NCBI GenBank assembly: GCA_016182295.1
Contig: JACOXP010000008.1
Span: 1-47,663 of the forward strand
Source of the DNA: Candidatus Harrisonbacteria bacterium
Lineage (GTDB): Bacteria; Patescibacteriota; Minisyncoccia; UBA6257; WO2-44-18
Direction of reading: 5' to 3'
Length of the DNA stretch: 47,663 bases
Positions 8,618-19,110 of the stretch are shown in pieces. The stretch's first letter is position 1; the number at the start of each line of letters is the position of its first letter. The notes under the pieces are model-generated. The model was not told the origin of the DNA. It searched no databases and saw only the letters and a list, made by a program, of their open reading frames with translations. The translations under genes and the position numbers were made by a program.

Positions 8618-9382
8618 ATGAGTAAACAAGAATTGGCAAAAAATTGGTTTTGGGTTTTACTGGATATCGCTTTGGTAATCGTGATTGTTTTAGGCGTTGC
8701 GTCCATAAAATCTCTTTGGAAATACGGCCAGTCCGTTTTTCCGGCTCGCACGATTAACGTGAGCGCGGAAGGAAAAGTCGTGGTGGCGCCGGATATCGCG
8801 ACCTTGTCATTTTCCGTTGTTACCGAAGGAGCCGATCCAAGCGTGATTCAAGAGAAGAATACCGAAAAAATTAACAAAGTTATCGAGTTTATAAAAGCCG
8901 AGGGAATTGAATCAAAAGATATAAAAACCAGCGGCTACAACCTTAATCCCGTATATGAATATGACCGATCCAAGCAAAGAAGCGAGATCGTCCGTTATTC
9001 TTTGACCCAAACGGTTATTGTAAAAATTCGCGACTTTGACAAAGTCGGCCCGATAATCGCCGGTCTTACTCCTCGGGGCGTTAATCGAATCAGCGGATTG
9101 AGTTTTGATATTGAAGATCCTGATAAATTCCTGAATGAAGCCCGCAAAGAAGCGTTTGAAAAAGCCCGCGCCAAAGCGGAAACGATGGCGGCGGCGGTGG
9201 GAGTAAGAGTTAAAAGAGTTATAACCTTTAACGAATATGGTGGCGGTTATCCGATTCCTGTTTATGAACGCGCTGTCGCGTTGGGAGTGGGAGGCGATGT
9301 AGCGGCCCCAACACCTCCGACAATCGAGCCGGGAAGCCAAGAAGTGACTGTGCAAGTTAACGTAGTTTACGAAATTTACTAG
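8618..9382 (+). CDS. SIMPL (DUF541) domain protein
   Basis: N-terminal TM; TINVSAEGKVVVAPDIA...; PTIEPGSQEVTVQVNVVYEI. Confidence 0.9.
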   Translation: MSKQELAKNWFWVLLDIALVIVIVLGVASIKSLWKYGQSVFPARTINVSAEGKVVVAPDIATLSFSVVTEGADPSVIQEKNTEKINKVIEFIKAEGIESKDIKTSGYNLNPVYEYDRSKQRSEIVRYSLTQTVIVKIRDFDKVGPIIAGLTPRGVNRISGLSFDIEDPDKFLNEARKEAFEKARAKAETMAAAVGVRVKRVITFNEYGGGYPIPVYERAVALGVGGDVAAPTPPTIEPGSQEVTVQVNVVYEIY

Positions 9383-9383
9383 A

Positions 9384-9974
9384 GTGCAGGAAACTCAGCG
9401 TCCAACGAATCGCCGCCATCTTCGCGAAATAAAACATCATCTTATTCGCAATTTTATTGTTTTTGCGGCGAGCGTGGTTTTGGCGGTGGTTTTTGTGCGA
9501 TCGGGATTGGTTGAAGATCTGCTGATTTACATTCATGACTTTTATATCCTCGGCGCGCTTGTTGCGGGGTTTTTCTTGGCGTTTGTTTTGACTGTCGGTC
9601 CGGCGGCGGCGACTCTCATTGGAATTGGCGAAAATGTTCCAGTGGTGCTAATCGCGTTAATCGGCGCTTTGGGTTCGGTGGTGGCCAACCTCGCGCTTTT
9701 TCAGTTCGTTAAAAAAGAAATTTCCGACGATTTCATAGCTTACTTTGAAAGTACAAGAATGAAACCGCTCGCGGAATTTTTAAAACTCCAAGCTGTTCGG
9801 TGGATTTTACCAATTATCGGAGCGATTATTGTTGCCTCGCCCCTTCCGGACGAAATAGGTCTGGCTATGATCGGAGTATCGAAAATTAAAACTATAATTT
9901 TCGTGCCGGTGATGTATCTGCTTCATTTTTTCGGAATTTTGGTGATAGTTTCCGCCGGACGGGCCATATTTTAG
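9384..9974 (+). CDS. Conserved membrane protein
   Basis: Multiple TM segments, IVASPLPDEIG motif, GTG start right after the upstream stop. Confidence 0.75.
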   Translation: MQETQRPTNRRHLREIKHHLIRNFIVFAASVVLAVVFVRSGLVEDLLIYIHDFYILGALVAGFFLAFVLTVGPAAATLIGIGENVPVVLIALIGALGSVVANLALFQFVKKEISDDFIAYFESTRMKPLAEFLKLQAVRWILPIIGAIIVASPLPDEIGLAMIGVSKIKTIIFVPVMYLLHFFGILVIVSAGRAIF

Positions 9975-10021
9975 GTTGTGGAAAACATAAGTTGCGCAGT
10001 CCAGGCATATGCTATACTGGA

Positions 10022-10109
10022 GAATACACGTTGAAATCAGCCAGCCGATAAATAATTTTCGGCGGCGATTCTAATCAAAAAGAGCGTTGTGAGGACGCTC
10101 TTTTTGATT
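10022..10109 (+). ncRNA. Candidate small RNA or attenuated leader upstream of rmuC
   Basis: TG-C-TATACT -10 at 10013, hairpin 10035-10070, terminator aatcaaaaagagcgt/acgctctttttgatt 10073-10109. Confidence 0.4.
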
Positions 10110-10121
10110 TATAGTGAGGTT

Positions 10122-11153
10122 ATGGAATTGCTTCTCGGAATAATTTTAGCGGTTGTTGTCGCGGGGTTCGCGATTTTAATTTTACGAAAACCGAAGGAAA
10201 AATCCCCGGACCAATCTTTGCTGATGCTGCAAAATCAAGTAAACGAAATTTCGCGGGTGCTCGATTCCAAACTTGGCGAGTCGGCAAAAGTGATGCAGCA
10301 GCAATTTGGCCAGAGCGCTCGGATCATTCGTGATGTTACGGAAAAACTGACCCGTCTTGATGAAACCAATAAGCAAGTAGTGGGTTTTGCCGACCAACTG
10401 AAAAGTCTGCAGGATATTTTAAAAAATCCCAAACAACGCGGCATTCTCGGCGAGTATTATCTCGAAACAGTTTTGAAAAATGTTTTGCCACCCGGCGCTT
10501 ATCAGATGCAGTATTCTTTCAAAGACGGCGTAATCGTGGACGCGGCGGTTTTTGTCGGCAAGCAGGTGATTCCGGTGGATTCCAAATTCAGTTTAGAAAA
10601 TTACAATCGTTTTCTGGAAGCTCGAGACGACGAAGGCCGAAGAAAACATGAAGTGGCTTTTGTTAACGATCTTAAAAATCGCATTGAGGAGACCTCAAAA
10701 TATGTAAAACCGCAGGAAAATACTACCGATTTCGCTTTTATGTTCATCCCGTCCGAGGCAGTTTATTACGATCTTTTGATCAACAAGGTGGGATCGCTAG
10801 CCGAAGATCGCAATCTGCTGGCGCACGCGGCGCAAAAGAAAGTGGTGGTGGTTTCGCCAACCTCATTTCTAGCTTACCTCCAGACGGTTTTGCAGGGTCT
10901 TCGCAACCAGAAAATTTCTGAACAAGCCCAAGATATTGTCAAACAAGTGGATAATCTGGGCCGCCACCTCATTAAATATGACGATTATATGCAGAGACTT
11001 GGCAAAAATCTCGGCACCAGCGTCAGTATGTATAACAGCGCCTATAAAGAGTTCGCCAAAATTGACAAAGATGTGCTGAAGATCACCGGCGAAGCCATGG
11101 AAATAGAGCCGCAATTGATCGAAAAACCCGCGGAAGTCGAGGAACTTAACTAA
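10122..11153 (+). CDS. rmuC: DNA recombination protein RmuC
   Basis: KQRGILGE, PVDSKF, DFAFMFIPSE, VVVSPTS; start moved to the ATG after GAGG, downstream of the terminator. Confidence 0.93.
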   Translation: MELLLGIILAVVVAGFAILILRKPKEKSPDQSLLMLQNQVNEISRVLDSKLGESAKVMQQQFGQSARIIRDVTEKLTRLDETNKQVVGFADQLKSLQDILKNPKQRGILGEYYLETVLKNVLPPGAYQMQYSFKDGVIVDAAVFVGKQVIPVDSKFSLENYNRFLEARDDEGRRKHEVAFVNDLKNRIEETSKYVKPQENTTDFAFMFIPSEAVYYDLLINKVGSLAEDRNLLAHAAQKKVVVVSPTSFLAYLQTVLQGLRNQKISEQAQDIVKQVDNLGRHLIKYDDYMQRLGKNLGTSVSMYNSAYKEFAKIDKDVLKITGEAMEIEPQLIEKPAEVEELN

Positions 11154-11161
11154 TTGATTTC

Positions 11162-11836
11162 GTGCGCGACCAGCAAGTTTTACACGATAAAAAATGGATA
11201 AAATTTTTAAAGCGAACTTGGCTTTTTAAATTCGCGCCGTTTGTTGAATTTGCCCTTGCCGCCGGTTCGATGGCGATGGGTAACGTGCGACCGGAGTCGG
11301 ATTTCGACGTGATAATCGGCGCCCGATCCGGCAGAATTTTTACCGCCAGATTTTTCGCGGTAATCGCTTTCGGCGCGTTTGGCTGGCGGCGAAAAAAAAT
11401 TGACCATCGGGAAGCGGCCGCCGACAAAATTTGCCTCAATCATTTTGTAACACCGGCAAGCTATCGACTTTCGCCGCCCCACAACGCCTATTGGCGGAAA
11501 CTTTATCAAAATTTAGTGCCGCTTTTCGGATCGGATAAAAAAGTAAATGATTTTTTCGCGGCGAATTCCGACTGGCTTGGCAAGGAGATTGCTTACGTTG
11601 ACGATCTTCGACATTATCATCGCCGCAAGTCCTGGCCAGTTCGATTTGTTGAATGGACACTGAGCGGCTGGGCCGGAGATTTTTTAGAAAAGCGACTTCG
11701 CAAAATCCAAATTTCTCGAATCGAAAACGGTATTCAAAAAGAGCTTGGACACAACCCGAGGATTATTTACACCGACCAAGAACTAGAATTTCATCCGGAC
11801 ACAGCCAGAATTGAATTGTTGGAAAGAAGTATGTAG
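11162..11836 (+). CDS. Pol-beta-superfamily nucleotidyltransferase-like protein
   Basis: AGSMAMG...SDFDVII (GS-x-DxD) motif, KICLNHF. Confidence 0.75.
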   Translation: MRDQQVLHDKKWIKFLKRTWLFKFAPFVEFALAAGSMAMGNVRPESDFDVIIGARSGRIFTARFFAVIAFGAFGWRRKKIDHREAAADKICLNHFVTPASYRLSPPHNAYWRKLYQNLVPLFGSDKKVNDFFAANSDWLGKEIAYVDDLRHYHRRKSWPVRFVEWTLSGWAGDFLEKRLRKIQISRIENGIQKELGHNPRIIYTDQELEFHPDTARIELLERSM

Positions 11837-11880
11837 AATAAGACAAGGTTCTTTTAAACAAAATTTTTCAGGGAGAATGG

Positions 11881-12348
11881 ATGGCAAAATCCAGAATCGA
11901 TCCCCACGAAGAAACGGTTGTTAATGCGCTTACGTACGCTTTTTCCAAAGATGTTCCAAATCATTTCCGAGTGAAGCTTGGAGAGAAATTTTTTCATACA
12001 GTGCCTGGCGGAAAAGTAAATTTAGATTTAGACCCCAAGGGCGTAGATGTATTGATTATATTAAAAAGTGGTTTGGCTATACCATTTCAGATAAAAGCCG
12101 GCAAGCAAACGCTTGGACTTGCCTTACCGATTCCCGAAGTTCAACCAGATCGTATAGAGGGTCGTTTTTATAGATCAATGCGACACAAAGTCAACCGCCA
12201 TCTCAAACTTCATCCAGAAGTGAAAGCGATTTTATTCGTTAAAGACGGCGCTGCCTACCAAGATATTATTCGTGAAATAAACATAGTCATAGAAATTCTT
12301 ATCCGACATCTAATTTGCGATTTTAAAAAACTTTGTGCCGATCTATGA
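11881..12348 (+). CDS. Hypothetical protein, PD-(D/E)xK nuclease-like
   Basis: E...D-xx-GVD-(x)n-PFQIK pattern; GGGAG SD. Confidence 0.55.
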   Translation: MAKSRIDPHEETVVNALTYAFSKDVPNHFRVKLGEKFFHTVPGGKVNLDLDPKGVDVLIILKSGLAIPFQIKAGKQTLGLALPIPEVQPDRIEGRFYRSMRHKVNRHLKLHPEVKAILFVKDGAAYQDIIREINIVIEILIRHLICDFKKLCADL

Positions 12349-12357
12349 GATCGGCAC

Positions 12358-12430
12358 TTGACTTTCTGTACAATACTTTGATACAGTAAAAACGTACTGA
12401 AATGGTCGCCTGAGGGCGGCCGTTTCTTTT
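12358..12430 (+). promoter_or_regulatory. nusA promoter followed by a leader terminator/attenuator hairpin
   Basis: TTGACT...TACAGT, then aaatggtcgcc-tgag-ggcggccgttt-ctttt. Confidence 0.55.
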
Positions 12431-12491
12431 AAAGGGCTTTCTACAAATTTTGGAGCCAAAAAGGCGAACAAAATTTGTCCAGAAAACCTTT

Positions 12492-12603
12492 ACCCCGCAC
12501 CATTTCCTACTATGTTTGATCTACTAACTATATTTTTACGGATAGCACCGCCTAGCGGCTCTGCTTTCCTTTACCCCGTGTCTCCAAGTAAATGGTGCGG
12601 GGT
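12492..12603. mobile_element. MITE-like element with 14-bp terminal inverted repeats
   Basis: ACCCCGCACCATTT...AAATGGTGCGGGGT. Confidence 0.6.
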
Positions 12604-12666
12604 GCTCAATTTTGTAGCTAAATTTTCTTCGCTGCGAATGAGCTCGAAAATTGAGATAAAATTGGC

Positions 12667-13869
12667 ATGTTCGACCTAAAAACACTAAAACGGGCAATTG
12701 ATCAAATTGCCGAAGAAAAAGGAATAGAAGCAGGCAAGATTTTAGAGGCCATCGAGTCGTCTATCGCCGCCGCTTATAAAAGAGAGTATTGCCAGAAAGG
12801 CGAGGTTGTGCGCGCCAAAATGGACATTAAAACCGGCGCTTTAAAATTCTGGAAAGTAAAAACCGTGGTTGATGAAACAACGGTGCGTTTTATTGAGGAG
12901 GGGGAACTCTCTGCCGCTGAAGCTACGGATAGCAGAGGAGGGGAAGCCACCGGCGAAGAGAAATTGCCGCGCTATAATCCGGAGCGTCATCTTACTCTTG
13001 AAGAGGCCAAAAAAGAAAAATCGGGAGCGGTGGTTGGCGAAGAAATAGAATTTCCGCTTGAGGTTAAGGAAGATTTTGGCCGCATCGCCGCTCAGACGGC
13101 TAAACAGGTTATTTTGCAACGTTTGCGCGAGGCCGAGCGCGATTCCGTCCTCAATGAATTTAAAAGCAAGGAGGGCGAGATTGTTAGCGGTATTATCCAG
13201 CGCTTTGAGCGAGGCAATGTTTTTATTGACCTTGGCCGCGCTACCGGAGTGATGTTTCAAAATGAGTCCATCCCAACCGAGCATTATCGAGCGGGCGAAC
13301 GGATGCGCTTTTATGTTTTGGCTGTCCAATCCGATACTCGAATGCCGGGAATAATTTTATCCCGCTCCCACCCGAGATTTGTTAGCAGGCTTTTTTCAAT
13401 TGAGGTGCCGGAAATCGCCGACGGCGTAATTGAAATCAAGGGTATCGCTCGCGAAGCGGGAAGCCGTACTAAAATCGCGGTTGTTTCCAATACCGATGGC
13501 GTGGATCCGGTTGGGTCTTGCGTTGGTCAGAGAGGCACGCGGGTAATGGCGGTTTCCAATGAACTTGGCCAAGAAAAACTGGATATTGTAGAATGGTCTG
13601 AAGATCCGTCAAAGTTTATTTCCAAAGCTATTTCTCCGGCTAAAGTTACCAGCGTTGAGATTTTGCCCCGACGCGAAGCGAGAATTTTCGTGCCGGACGA
13701 TCAGTTGAGTTTGGCAATTGGCAAAGGTGGTCAAAATGTTCGTCTCGCCGCTAAACTTACAGGTTGGAAAATAGACGTTCGCTCGGAAGCCAAACCGGAA
13801 GAATCCCAAGAAGGCGGCGTTGCCGCGGCGGTTCCACCGGAAGAATTGCCGACGAAGTCCGAAGAATAA
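12667..13869 (+). CDS. nusA: Transcription elongation factor NusA
   Basis: [37 protein letters not shown]. Confidence 0.97.
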   Translation: MFDLKTLKRAIDQIAEEKGIEAGKILEAIESSIAAAYKREYCQKGEVVRAKMDIKTGALKFWKVKTVVDETTVRFIEEGELSAAEATDSRGGEATGEEKLPRYNPERHLTLEEAKKEKSGAVVGEEIEFPLEVKEDFGRIAAQTAKQVILQRLREAERDSVLNEFKSKEGEIVSGIIQRFERGNVFIDLGRATGVMFQNESIPTEHYRAGERMRFYVLAVQSDTRMPGIILSRSHPRFVSRLFSIEVPEIADGVIEIKGIAREAGSRTKIAVVSNTDGVDPVGSCVGQRGTRVMAVSNELGQEKLDIVEWSEDPSKFISKAISPAKVTSVEILPRREARIFVPDDQLSLAIGKGGQNVRLAAKLTGWKIDVRSEAKPEESQEGGVAAAVPPEELPTKSEE

Positions 13870-13870
13870 A

Positions 13871-15835
13871 ATGCTTTACTATTTAATCTTCATTCCAATC
13901 GCCATCGCTATTTTATATAGCGGTTATATCATTTCTTGGCTTAAGGGGCGTTCGGCTGGCAATGAAAAGATGCGGGAAATTTCCCGCGCTATTCAGGAAG
14001 GATCGTCCGCTTATTTGAATCGTCAGTATAAAACGGTGGCTTTAGTTGCTATTCCGCTTTTCATTTTAATCAACTTTGGCTTGGGCACTTTGGCGGCCGT
14101 TGGATTTTTAGTAGGAGCTGTCGCTTCGGCGCTTGCCGGTTACATCGGCATGACTATCGCGGTCCGTTCCAACTCCAAAACCACCGAGGCCGCCAGTAAG
14201 GGATTGGCGCCGGCTTTGGCGCTGGCTTTCAAAGCGGGTTCAGTAACCGGCTATTTAGTCGTTGCTCTTGGACTTCTTGCCGTCGCCGGATTTTATTTTT
14301 TAACTAATGACCCCAAAGCTCTAATCGGGCTCGGTTTCGGCGCCAGCTTGATTTCTGTTTTTGCTCGCCTTGGCGGAGGCATTTTTACCAAAGCGGCAGA
14401 TGTTGGCACTGACTTGGTTGGAAAGGTGGAGGCCGGAATTCCGGAAGATGATCCGAGAAATCCGGGAGTTATTGCCGACAATGTCGGCGATAACGTCGGC
14501 GATTGCGCCGGTATGGCCGCCGATCTTTTTGAAACCTACGCCGTAACTTTGACCGCCGCGATGCTTTTAGGCATCGGTATCGGACTTGCCGGCGGCGCTT
14601 TGGCCTTCCCCTTGGTGCTTGGCGGTCTTGCCATAATCGCTTCTATTGTTGGTGGATTTTTTGCGAAGCTTGGAAAAAATCAGTCCATCATGGGCGCTCT
14701 TTATAAAGCGCTCGCCGTTTCACTTATTGTTTCCGTTGGATTATTTTATTGGGCTTCTTCCGTTTTTTTTCCGGAAAACGCCCTGAATATATTTATGGCT
14801 TCGGTTGTCGGATTGGCCGTTACGGTTTTGATGGTTTTGGCGACCGATTATTACACAGCCAAAAAATATCGGCCGGTGCAAAAAATTGTTGAAGCGTCTA
14901 AATCCGGCCACGGCACCAATATTATTATGGGGATTGCCGTCGGAATGGAATCCACTCTTTTGCCGATTTTGATAATCGTTGCCGGAATTTTAGCCGCGTT
15001 TTCCTTTGCCGGCCTTTACGGCATTGCCATTGCCGCGACCGCGATGCTTTCGGTGGCGGGAATTGTTGTTGCCATTGATTCTTTTGGCCCGATTACCGAC
15101 AATGCCGGCGGAATCGCCGAAATGTCCGGCGCTCCGGAAGATGTCCGTAAGGTTACCGACGCTTTGGATGCTGTCGGCAATACCACTAAAGCGGTTACTA
15201 AAGGCTACGCGATCGCTTCGGCTGGACTCGCGGCTTTAGTTTTATTCGCCGGATATGTCGAGGAGCTGGGAGCGTTTATTGAAAACGTTGTTTTTGATTT
15301 GCAAAATCCGAGCGTGATTGTCGGGCTCTTCTTGGGAGCCGCAATCCCGTTTCTTTTTGGTTCAATCGCCATGCGTTCAGTCGGAGAAGCGGCCGGCGCG
15401 GTAGTTGAAGAAATTCGCCGGCAGTTTAGAGAAATTCCTGGTCTGATGGAAGGCAAAGCCAAGCCGGATTACGGCCGCGCCGTTGATATCGTCACTCAAG
15501 CGGCGCTCAAAAAGATGGTTGTGCCTGCGATTTTGCCGGTAGCGGCGGTTTTATTGGTTGGAATCTTTCTTGGAGCTCAAGCTCTCGGCGGCTTCTTGAT
15601 GGGCGCGATTGTTTCCGGTCTTTTCGTGGCGCTTTCAATGACTTCCGGAGGCGCCGCTTGGGACAATGCCAAAAAATCCATTGAAGCCGCTGGACAAAAA
15701 GGCACCGACTGGCACAAGGCGGCTGTCACCGGCGACACGGTTGGCGATCCATATAAAGATACGGCGGGTCCGGCCATTAACCCCCTCATCAAAGTAATTA
15801 ATATCGTGGCCCTTTTGATAGTACCGTTTCTATAA
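13871..15835 (+). CDS. hppA: Membrane H+/Na+-translocating pyrophosphatase
   Basis: [48 protein letters not shown]; start at the ATG just after the nusA stop. Confidence 0.96.
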   Translation: MLYYLIFIPIAIAILYSGYIISWLKGRSAGNEKMREISRAIQEGSSAYLNRQYKTVALVAIPLFILINFGLGTLAAVGFLVGAVASALAGYIGMTIAVRSNSKTTEAASKGLAPALALAFKAGSVTGYLVVALGLLAVAGFYFLTNDPKALIGLGFGASLISVFARLGGGIFTKAADVGTDLVGKVEAGIPEDDPRNPGVIADNVGDNVGDCAGMAADLFETYAVTLTAAMLLGIGIGLAGGALAFPLVLGGLAIIASIVGGFFAKLGKNQSIMGALYKALAVSLIVSVGLFYWASSVFFPENALNIFMASVVGLAVTVLMVLATDYYTAKKYRPVQKIVEASKSGHGTNIIMGIAVGMESTLLPILIIVAGILAAFSFAGLYGIAIAATAMLSVAGIVVAIDSFGPITDNAGGIAEMSGAPEDVRKVTDALDAVGNTTKAVTKGYAIASAGLAALVLFAGYVEELGAFIENVVFDLQNPSVIVGLFLGAAIPFLFGSIAMRSVGEAAGAVVEEIRRQFREIPGLMEGKAKPDYGRAVDIVTQAALKKMVVPAILPVAAVLLVGIFLGAQALGGFLMGAIVSGLFVALSMTSGGAAWDNAKKSIEAAGQKGTDWHKAAVTGDTVGDPYKDTAGPAINPLIKVINIVALLIVPFL

Positions 15836-15838
15836 AAA

Positions 15839-16750
15839 ATGAAATCCTCTTTTAAGAAGTTGCCGGGTTCAAAGATTGAGCTCGAGGTCAGTTTAGATAA
15901 AAAAGAATTCCTGCCTTATTACCAGGCCGTTTATGAACGGACGGTTTCGGAAATTGAAATAAAAGGCTTTCGCAAAGGCGCCGTTCCCAAAGAAATGGCC
16001 GATCGTTTTATAGACAAAGACGAAGTTTTCAATGAGGCGGCTCGAGAAGCGGTGCGCTGGAGTTTGGACGAAATTTCCAAAGATAATGACTGGACGATTA
16101 TCGATCAGCCAAAAATTGAAATTAAGGATTCCGAAGATCTTGGAATTCAATACAAAGCCGAGCTGACCGTTTTTCCGGAAGTGAAACTTGGCAACTACAA
16201 AAAAATCGCCCATCAAGTGATGAAAGGAAAAAAAGAGCAGGTCGTGGAGCAAAAAGAAATTGATCAAACTCTTGAATTCGTCCGCAATTCTCGTAAGACA
16301 GGAGACCAACTTCCTGAATTAAACGACGAATTTGCAAAAAGTTTGGGGAAATTTGAAAATCTTGATCAGCTTAAAAAAAGCGTTGCCGATGGATTGAAGA
16401 TGGAAAGGGATTTGAAGGAGCAGGATCGGCTGCGCATCAAGATGCTCGAAGAAATTGCCAAAGATTCCAAAATTGATATGCCGGAAATTATGGTTGAAAA
16501 AACCGCCGAGAATATTCAACAGCGCGTCGGTCCGATGCTTAAAGCTAACGGAAAATCCGAAGAAGAAATTAAAAAAGAGGTGCGTCGGAGGGCGGAGGAA
16601 AACGTTGCCCAGAATCTGGTGTTATATAAGATAGCCCAGGCGGAGAAGTTAGAACCGAAACCGGAGGAAGTTGACGAAAAAGGAAATTATCAGCATAATT
16701 ACGATGTAATTCAGACGCAAAGGGTATTTGCGTTTCTGGAGCGCCAATAA
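15839..16750 (+). CDS. tig: Trigger factor lacking the FKBP/PPIase domain
   Basis: GFRKGAVP ribosome-binding motif; N domain joined directly to [10 protein letters not shown]; lies upstream of clpP. Confidence 0.9.
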   Translation: MKSSFKKLPGSKIELEVSLDKKEFLPYYQAVYERTVSEIEIKGFRKGAVPKEMADRFIDKDEVFNEAAREAVRWSLDEISKDNDWTIIDQPKIEIKDSEDLGIQYKAELTVFPEVKLGNYKKIAHQVMKGKKEQVVEQKEIDQTLEFVRNSRKTGDQLPELNDEFAKSLGKFENLDQLKKSVADGLKMERDLKEQDRLRIKMLEEIAKDSKIDMPEIMVEKTAENIQQRVGPMLKANGKSEEEIKKEVRRRAEENVAQNLVLYKIAQAEKLEPKPEEVDEKGNYQHNYDVIQTQRVFAFLERQ

Positions 16751-16761
16751 ACGATCTAACT

Positions 16762-17367
16762 ATGACAAACAAACAAATTACAAACGACTACTTAGTACCG
16801 ACAGTTATTGAGCGGGTTCCCGGAGGGGAGCGCGCTTACGACATTTACTCCCGACTGCTTAAGGAGCGGATCATTTTTTTGGGCGGTCCGGTGACCGACG
16901 CGATGGCCAATTTGGTAATTGCCCAACTTTTGTTTTTGGAACACGAAGATCCGAAAAAAGATATTAAATTATACATCAACAGCCCGGGCGGATCGGTGAC
17001 CGCCGGAATGGCAATTTACGACGCTATGCAATATGTGAAGCCGGATGTGGCGACGGTTTGCGTTGGCATGGCCGCTTCCATGGCGGCGGTGCTTTTGGCC
17101 GCCGGAAAAAAGGGGAAACGATTCGCTTTGCCGAATTCAGAAGTGCTTTTACACCAAGTGATGGGCGGCGCCGAAGGGCAAGCGGTGGAAATTGAGATTA
17201 CCGCCAAACACATCATCAAAATCAAAGATCGCCTCAGCCAGATTTTAGCGAAGAACACCGGCCAACAATTATCTAAAATCGAGAAAGACACCGATCGCGA
17301 TTTCTATATGAGCGCCGATGAAGCGAAAGATTACGGCATTGTTGACGAAATAATCAAGAAGCGATAA
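16762..17367 (+). CDS. clpP: ATP-dependent Clp protease proteolytic subunit
   Basis: [33 protein letters not shown]. Confidence 0.97.
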   Translation: MTNKQITNDYLVPTVIERVPGGERAYDIYSRLLKERIIFLGGPVTDAMANLVIAQLLFLEHEDPKKDIKLYINSPGGSVTAGMAIYDAMQYVKPDVATVCVGMAASMAAVLLAAGKKGKRFALPNSEVLLHQVMGGAEGQAVEIEITAKHIIKIKDRLSQILAKNTGQQLSKIEKDTDRDFYMSADEAKDYGIVDEIIKKR

Positions 17368-17381
17368 TTTGAATCCCGTCA

Positions 17382-17412
17382 CCCCTCCGATGTCCATCGG
17401 AGGGGATTTTTA
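17382..17412 (+). terminator. Intrinsic terminator after clpP
   Basis: cccctccgatg-tc-catcggagggg-attttt. Confidence 0.8.
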
Positions 17413-17528
17413 TTGATAAATTTTATTTCGAGGCCCAGCCCCGATAGCATGCTTTCGTTCTCTATTGAAAAATTTGAAGATATGTTGTAGAATGTTTCCG
17501 GAACCTTGATTTCTTAGGGAGGTTGCGA

Positions 17529-18590
17529 ATGAAAATGTTTCGTGCTAACGGCAATGTGTTGTATGCAGCGGACGATGCTCTAGAGGGATCTAAATACAAC
17601 CACTCAACTATCCAATCATTCATAGAAGGCCACATTAATAGTTTTCTTAAGTTTTACCACGATACCACTTACTTGAAAGAAAAATTTCGGATATTCTTGG
17701 AAATTTACTCGAAGATTACGGACTTATCCAATCATGCCATGTTGTTTGCCCACGGATCATCAACTCGTCACTTATTCAAGAAGAATTATTGGCAATATAG
17801 CGATGATGGAACTCAACGACCCATACAAGAGTGGATAGATGCCCATGATGGAAAATATCTTTGTCTTTTTATCTGGTGCTGCAATGGGGCGAATTTCAGG
17901 CCAAGGACCAAAAGATCCCTTTTGATATTTTCCGACGGAATACTGAGCCCCACTCTCTTAAAGAATAAAGCAACAAAAACGGTAGTATTTGAGCCCCTCA
18001 CTGGTAAAGAAATAACTGATAAAAACATTAACGATCTTTTGCTTGCGACTATCGACTTTCTTTCTAAAAACGGACGGCTTTCAATGAAATCAGTTACGCT
18101 CGATGAGCCGGCGTTTAACGAAGATGTGGTTAGAGAAGAAGGGTACAATGTTACGATCGATCCCGAGCCCTCCATCGAGGATTTAATTGAGTTAGGCAAC
18201 TACGATTTTAATGATTGGGCGTTGGTCTGTTACCTTCCCACTCAGAAAATTTGGAGCGGCAACGTCTCTTTAAGATTGCTTTCTTTCGGCGGGGTTCTTA
18301 ATAGCAGTCATTGGCCGAATAGCCAGCAGTGGATAAATGCCGAATTGACAAGAAGGGGGCTGAGACATGCCACATCGAGAGAGCTTCTTGTTCTTGGTAA
18401 AGAGTATCCGAACTTGCCGCCTAAGGGATACGAAATTTACGCACTTGGTTCGACGCAATATGTCTGCAATCTTCGAGCAGTGAACTATTTAAGGCGTCTA
18501 GATAATGGCGATCGACACTTTCTGTCCTCGCAACTTACAGAAGACGCCAGTTTCCCGAACGAAGCCCTTATTCTCGCCGCGCCAATGTAA
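17529..18590 (+). CDS. Hypothetical two-domain protein
   Basis: Long ORF with its own promoter (TTGAAA...TAGAAT), GGAGG SD and terminator; C-terminal IEDLIELGNYD...LRHATSRELLVLGKEYP segment resembles an uncharacterised family. Confidence 0.75.
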   Translation: MKMFRANGNVLYAADDALEGSKYNHSTIQSFIEGHINSFLKFYHDTTYLKEKFRIFLEIYSKITDLSNHAMLFAHGSSTRHLFKKNYWQYSDDGTQRPIQEWIDAHDGKYLCLFIWCCNGANFRPRTKRSLLIFSDGILSPTLLKNKATKTVVFEPLTGKEITDKNINDLLLATIDFLSKNGRLSMKSVTLDEPAFNEDVVREEGYNVTIDPEPSIEDLIELGNYDFNDWALVCYLPTQKIWSGNVSLRLLSFGGVLNSSHWPNSQQWINAELTRRGLRHATSRELLVLGKEYPNLPPKGYEIYALGSTQYVCNLRAVNYLRRLDNGDRHFLSSQLTEDASFPNEALILAAPM

Positions 18591-18631
18591 ACTTCAAAAC
18601 AAACCATCCCCGACTAATCGGGGATTTTTTT

Positions 18632-18964
18632 TTATTCTAATTCCAAAGCAATAATCCCACACTTATTGATTTTTGTTTTGTAGCCAGGGAAGCTATATAA
18701 CATGGTTTCAATCTCTTTAGCTGTTTTAACGTGCGGATTTAGCTCTGTCGGTTTGTATTTTCGCAATAGCGATCCGATTTTTTTGTAAATTTTTGCTTTT
18801 TTGACGTGCTTCTCAAATTTATCCCTCCCACAGCTTAAAATAACTTTATCGCCGGTTTTGATATTTTTATACTTTTTTGTTGCAGCCCGCGTTTCTATTC
18901 TCTTATTACCTCGCTTTATTGCCTCAAAAATATCCTTGTTGATCCTCCTAAATCTCAATATCAT
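18632..18964 (-). CDS. ASCH domain protein
   Basis: FEAIKRGNKRIETR (GxKxxExR) and IKTGDKVIL. Confidence 0.85.
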   Translation of the reverse strand: MILRFRRINKDIFEAIKRGNKRIETRAATKKYKNIKTGDKVILSCGRDKFEKHVKKAKIYKKIGSLLRKYKPTELNPHVKTAKEIETMLYSFPGYKTKINKCGIIALELE

Positions 18965-19110
18965 TTTTCAAAATTAACCGGTGCTTTAAATGAAGTCAAG
19001 TAGTTATTTTTGTTGCGTATAGAAAAATTTTGCGTCCAAATCCCAAAATTTATCAATAAAAAACCCCCACGACTAATCGGGGGTTATTGTTTTACCCTTT
19101 TTGGTAATTA

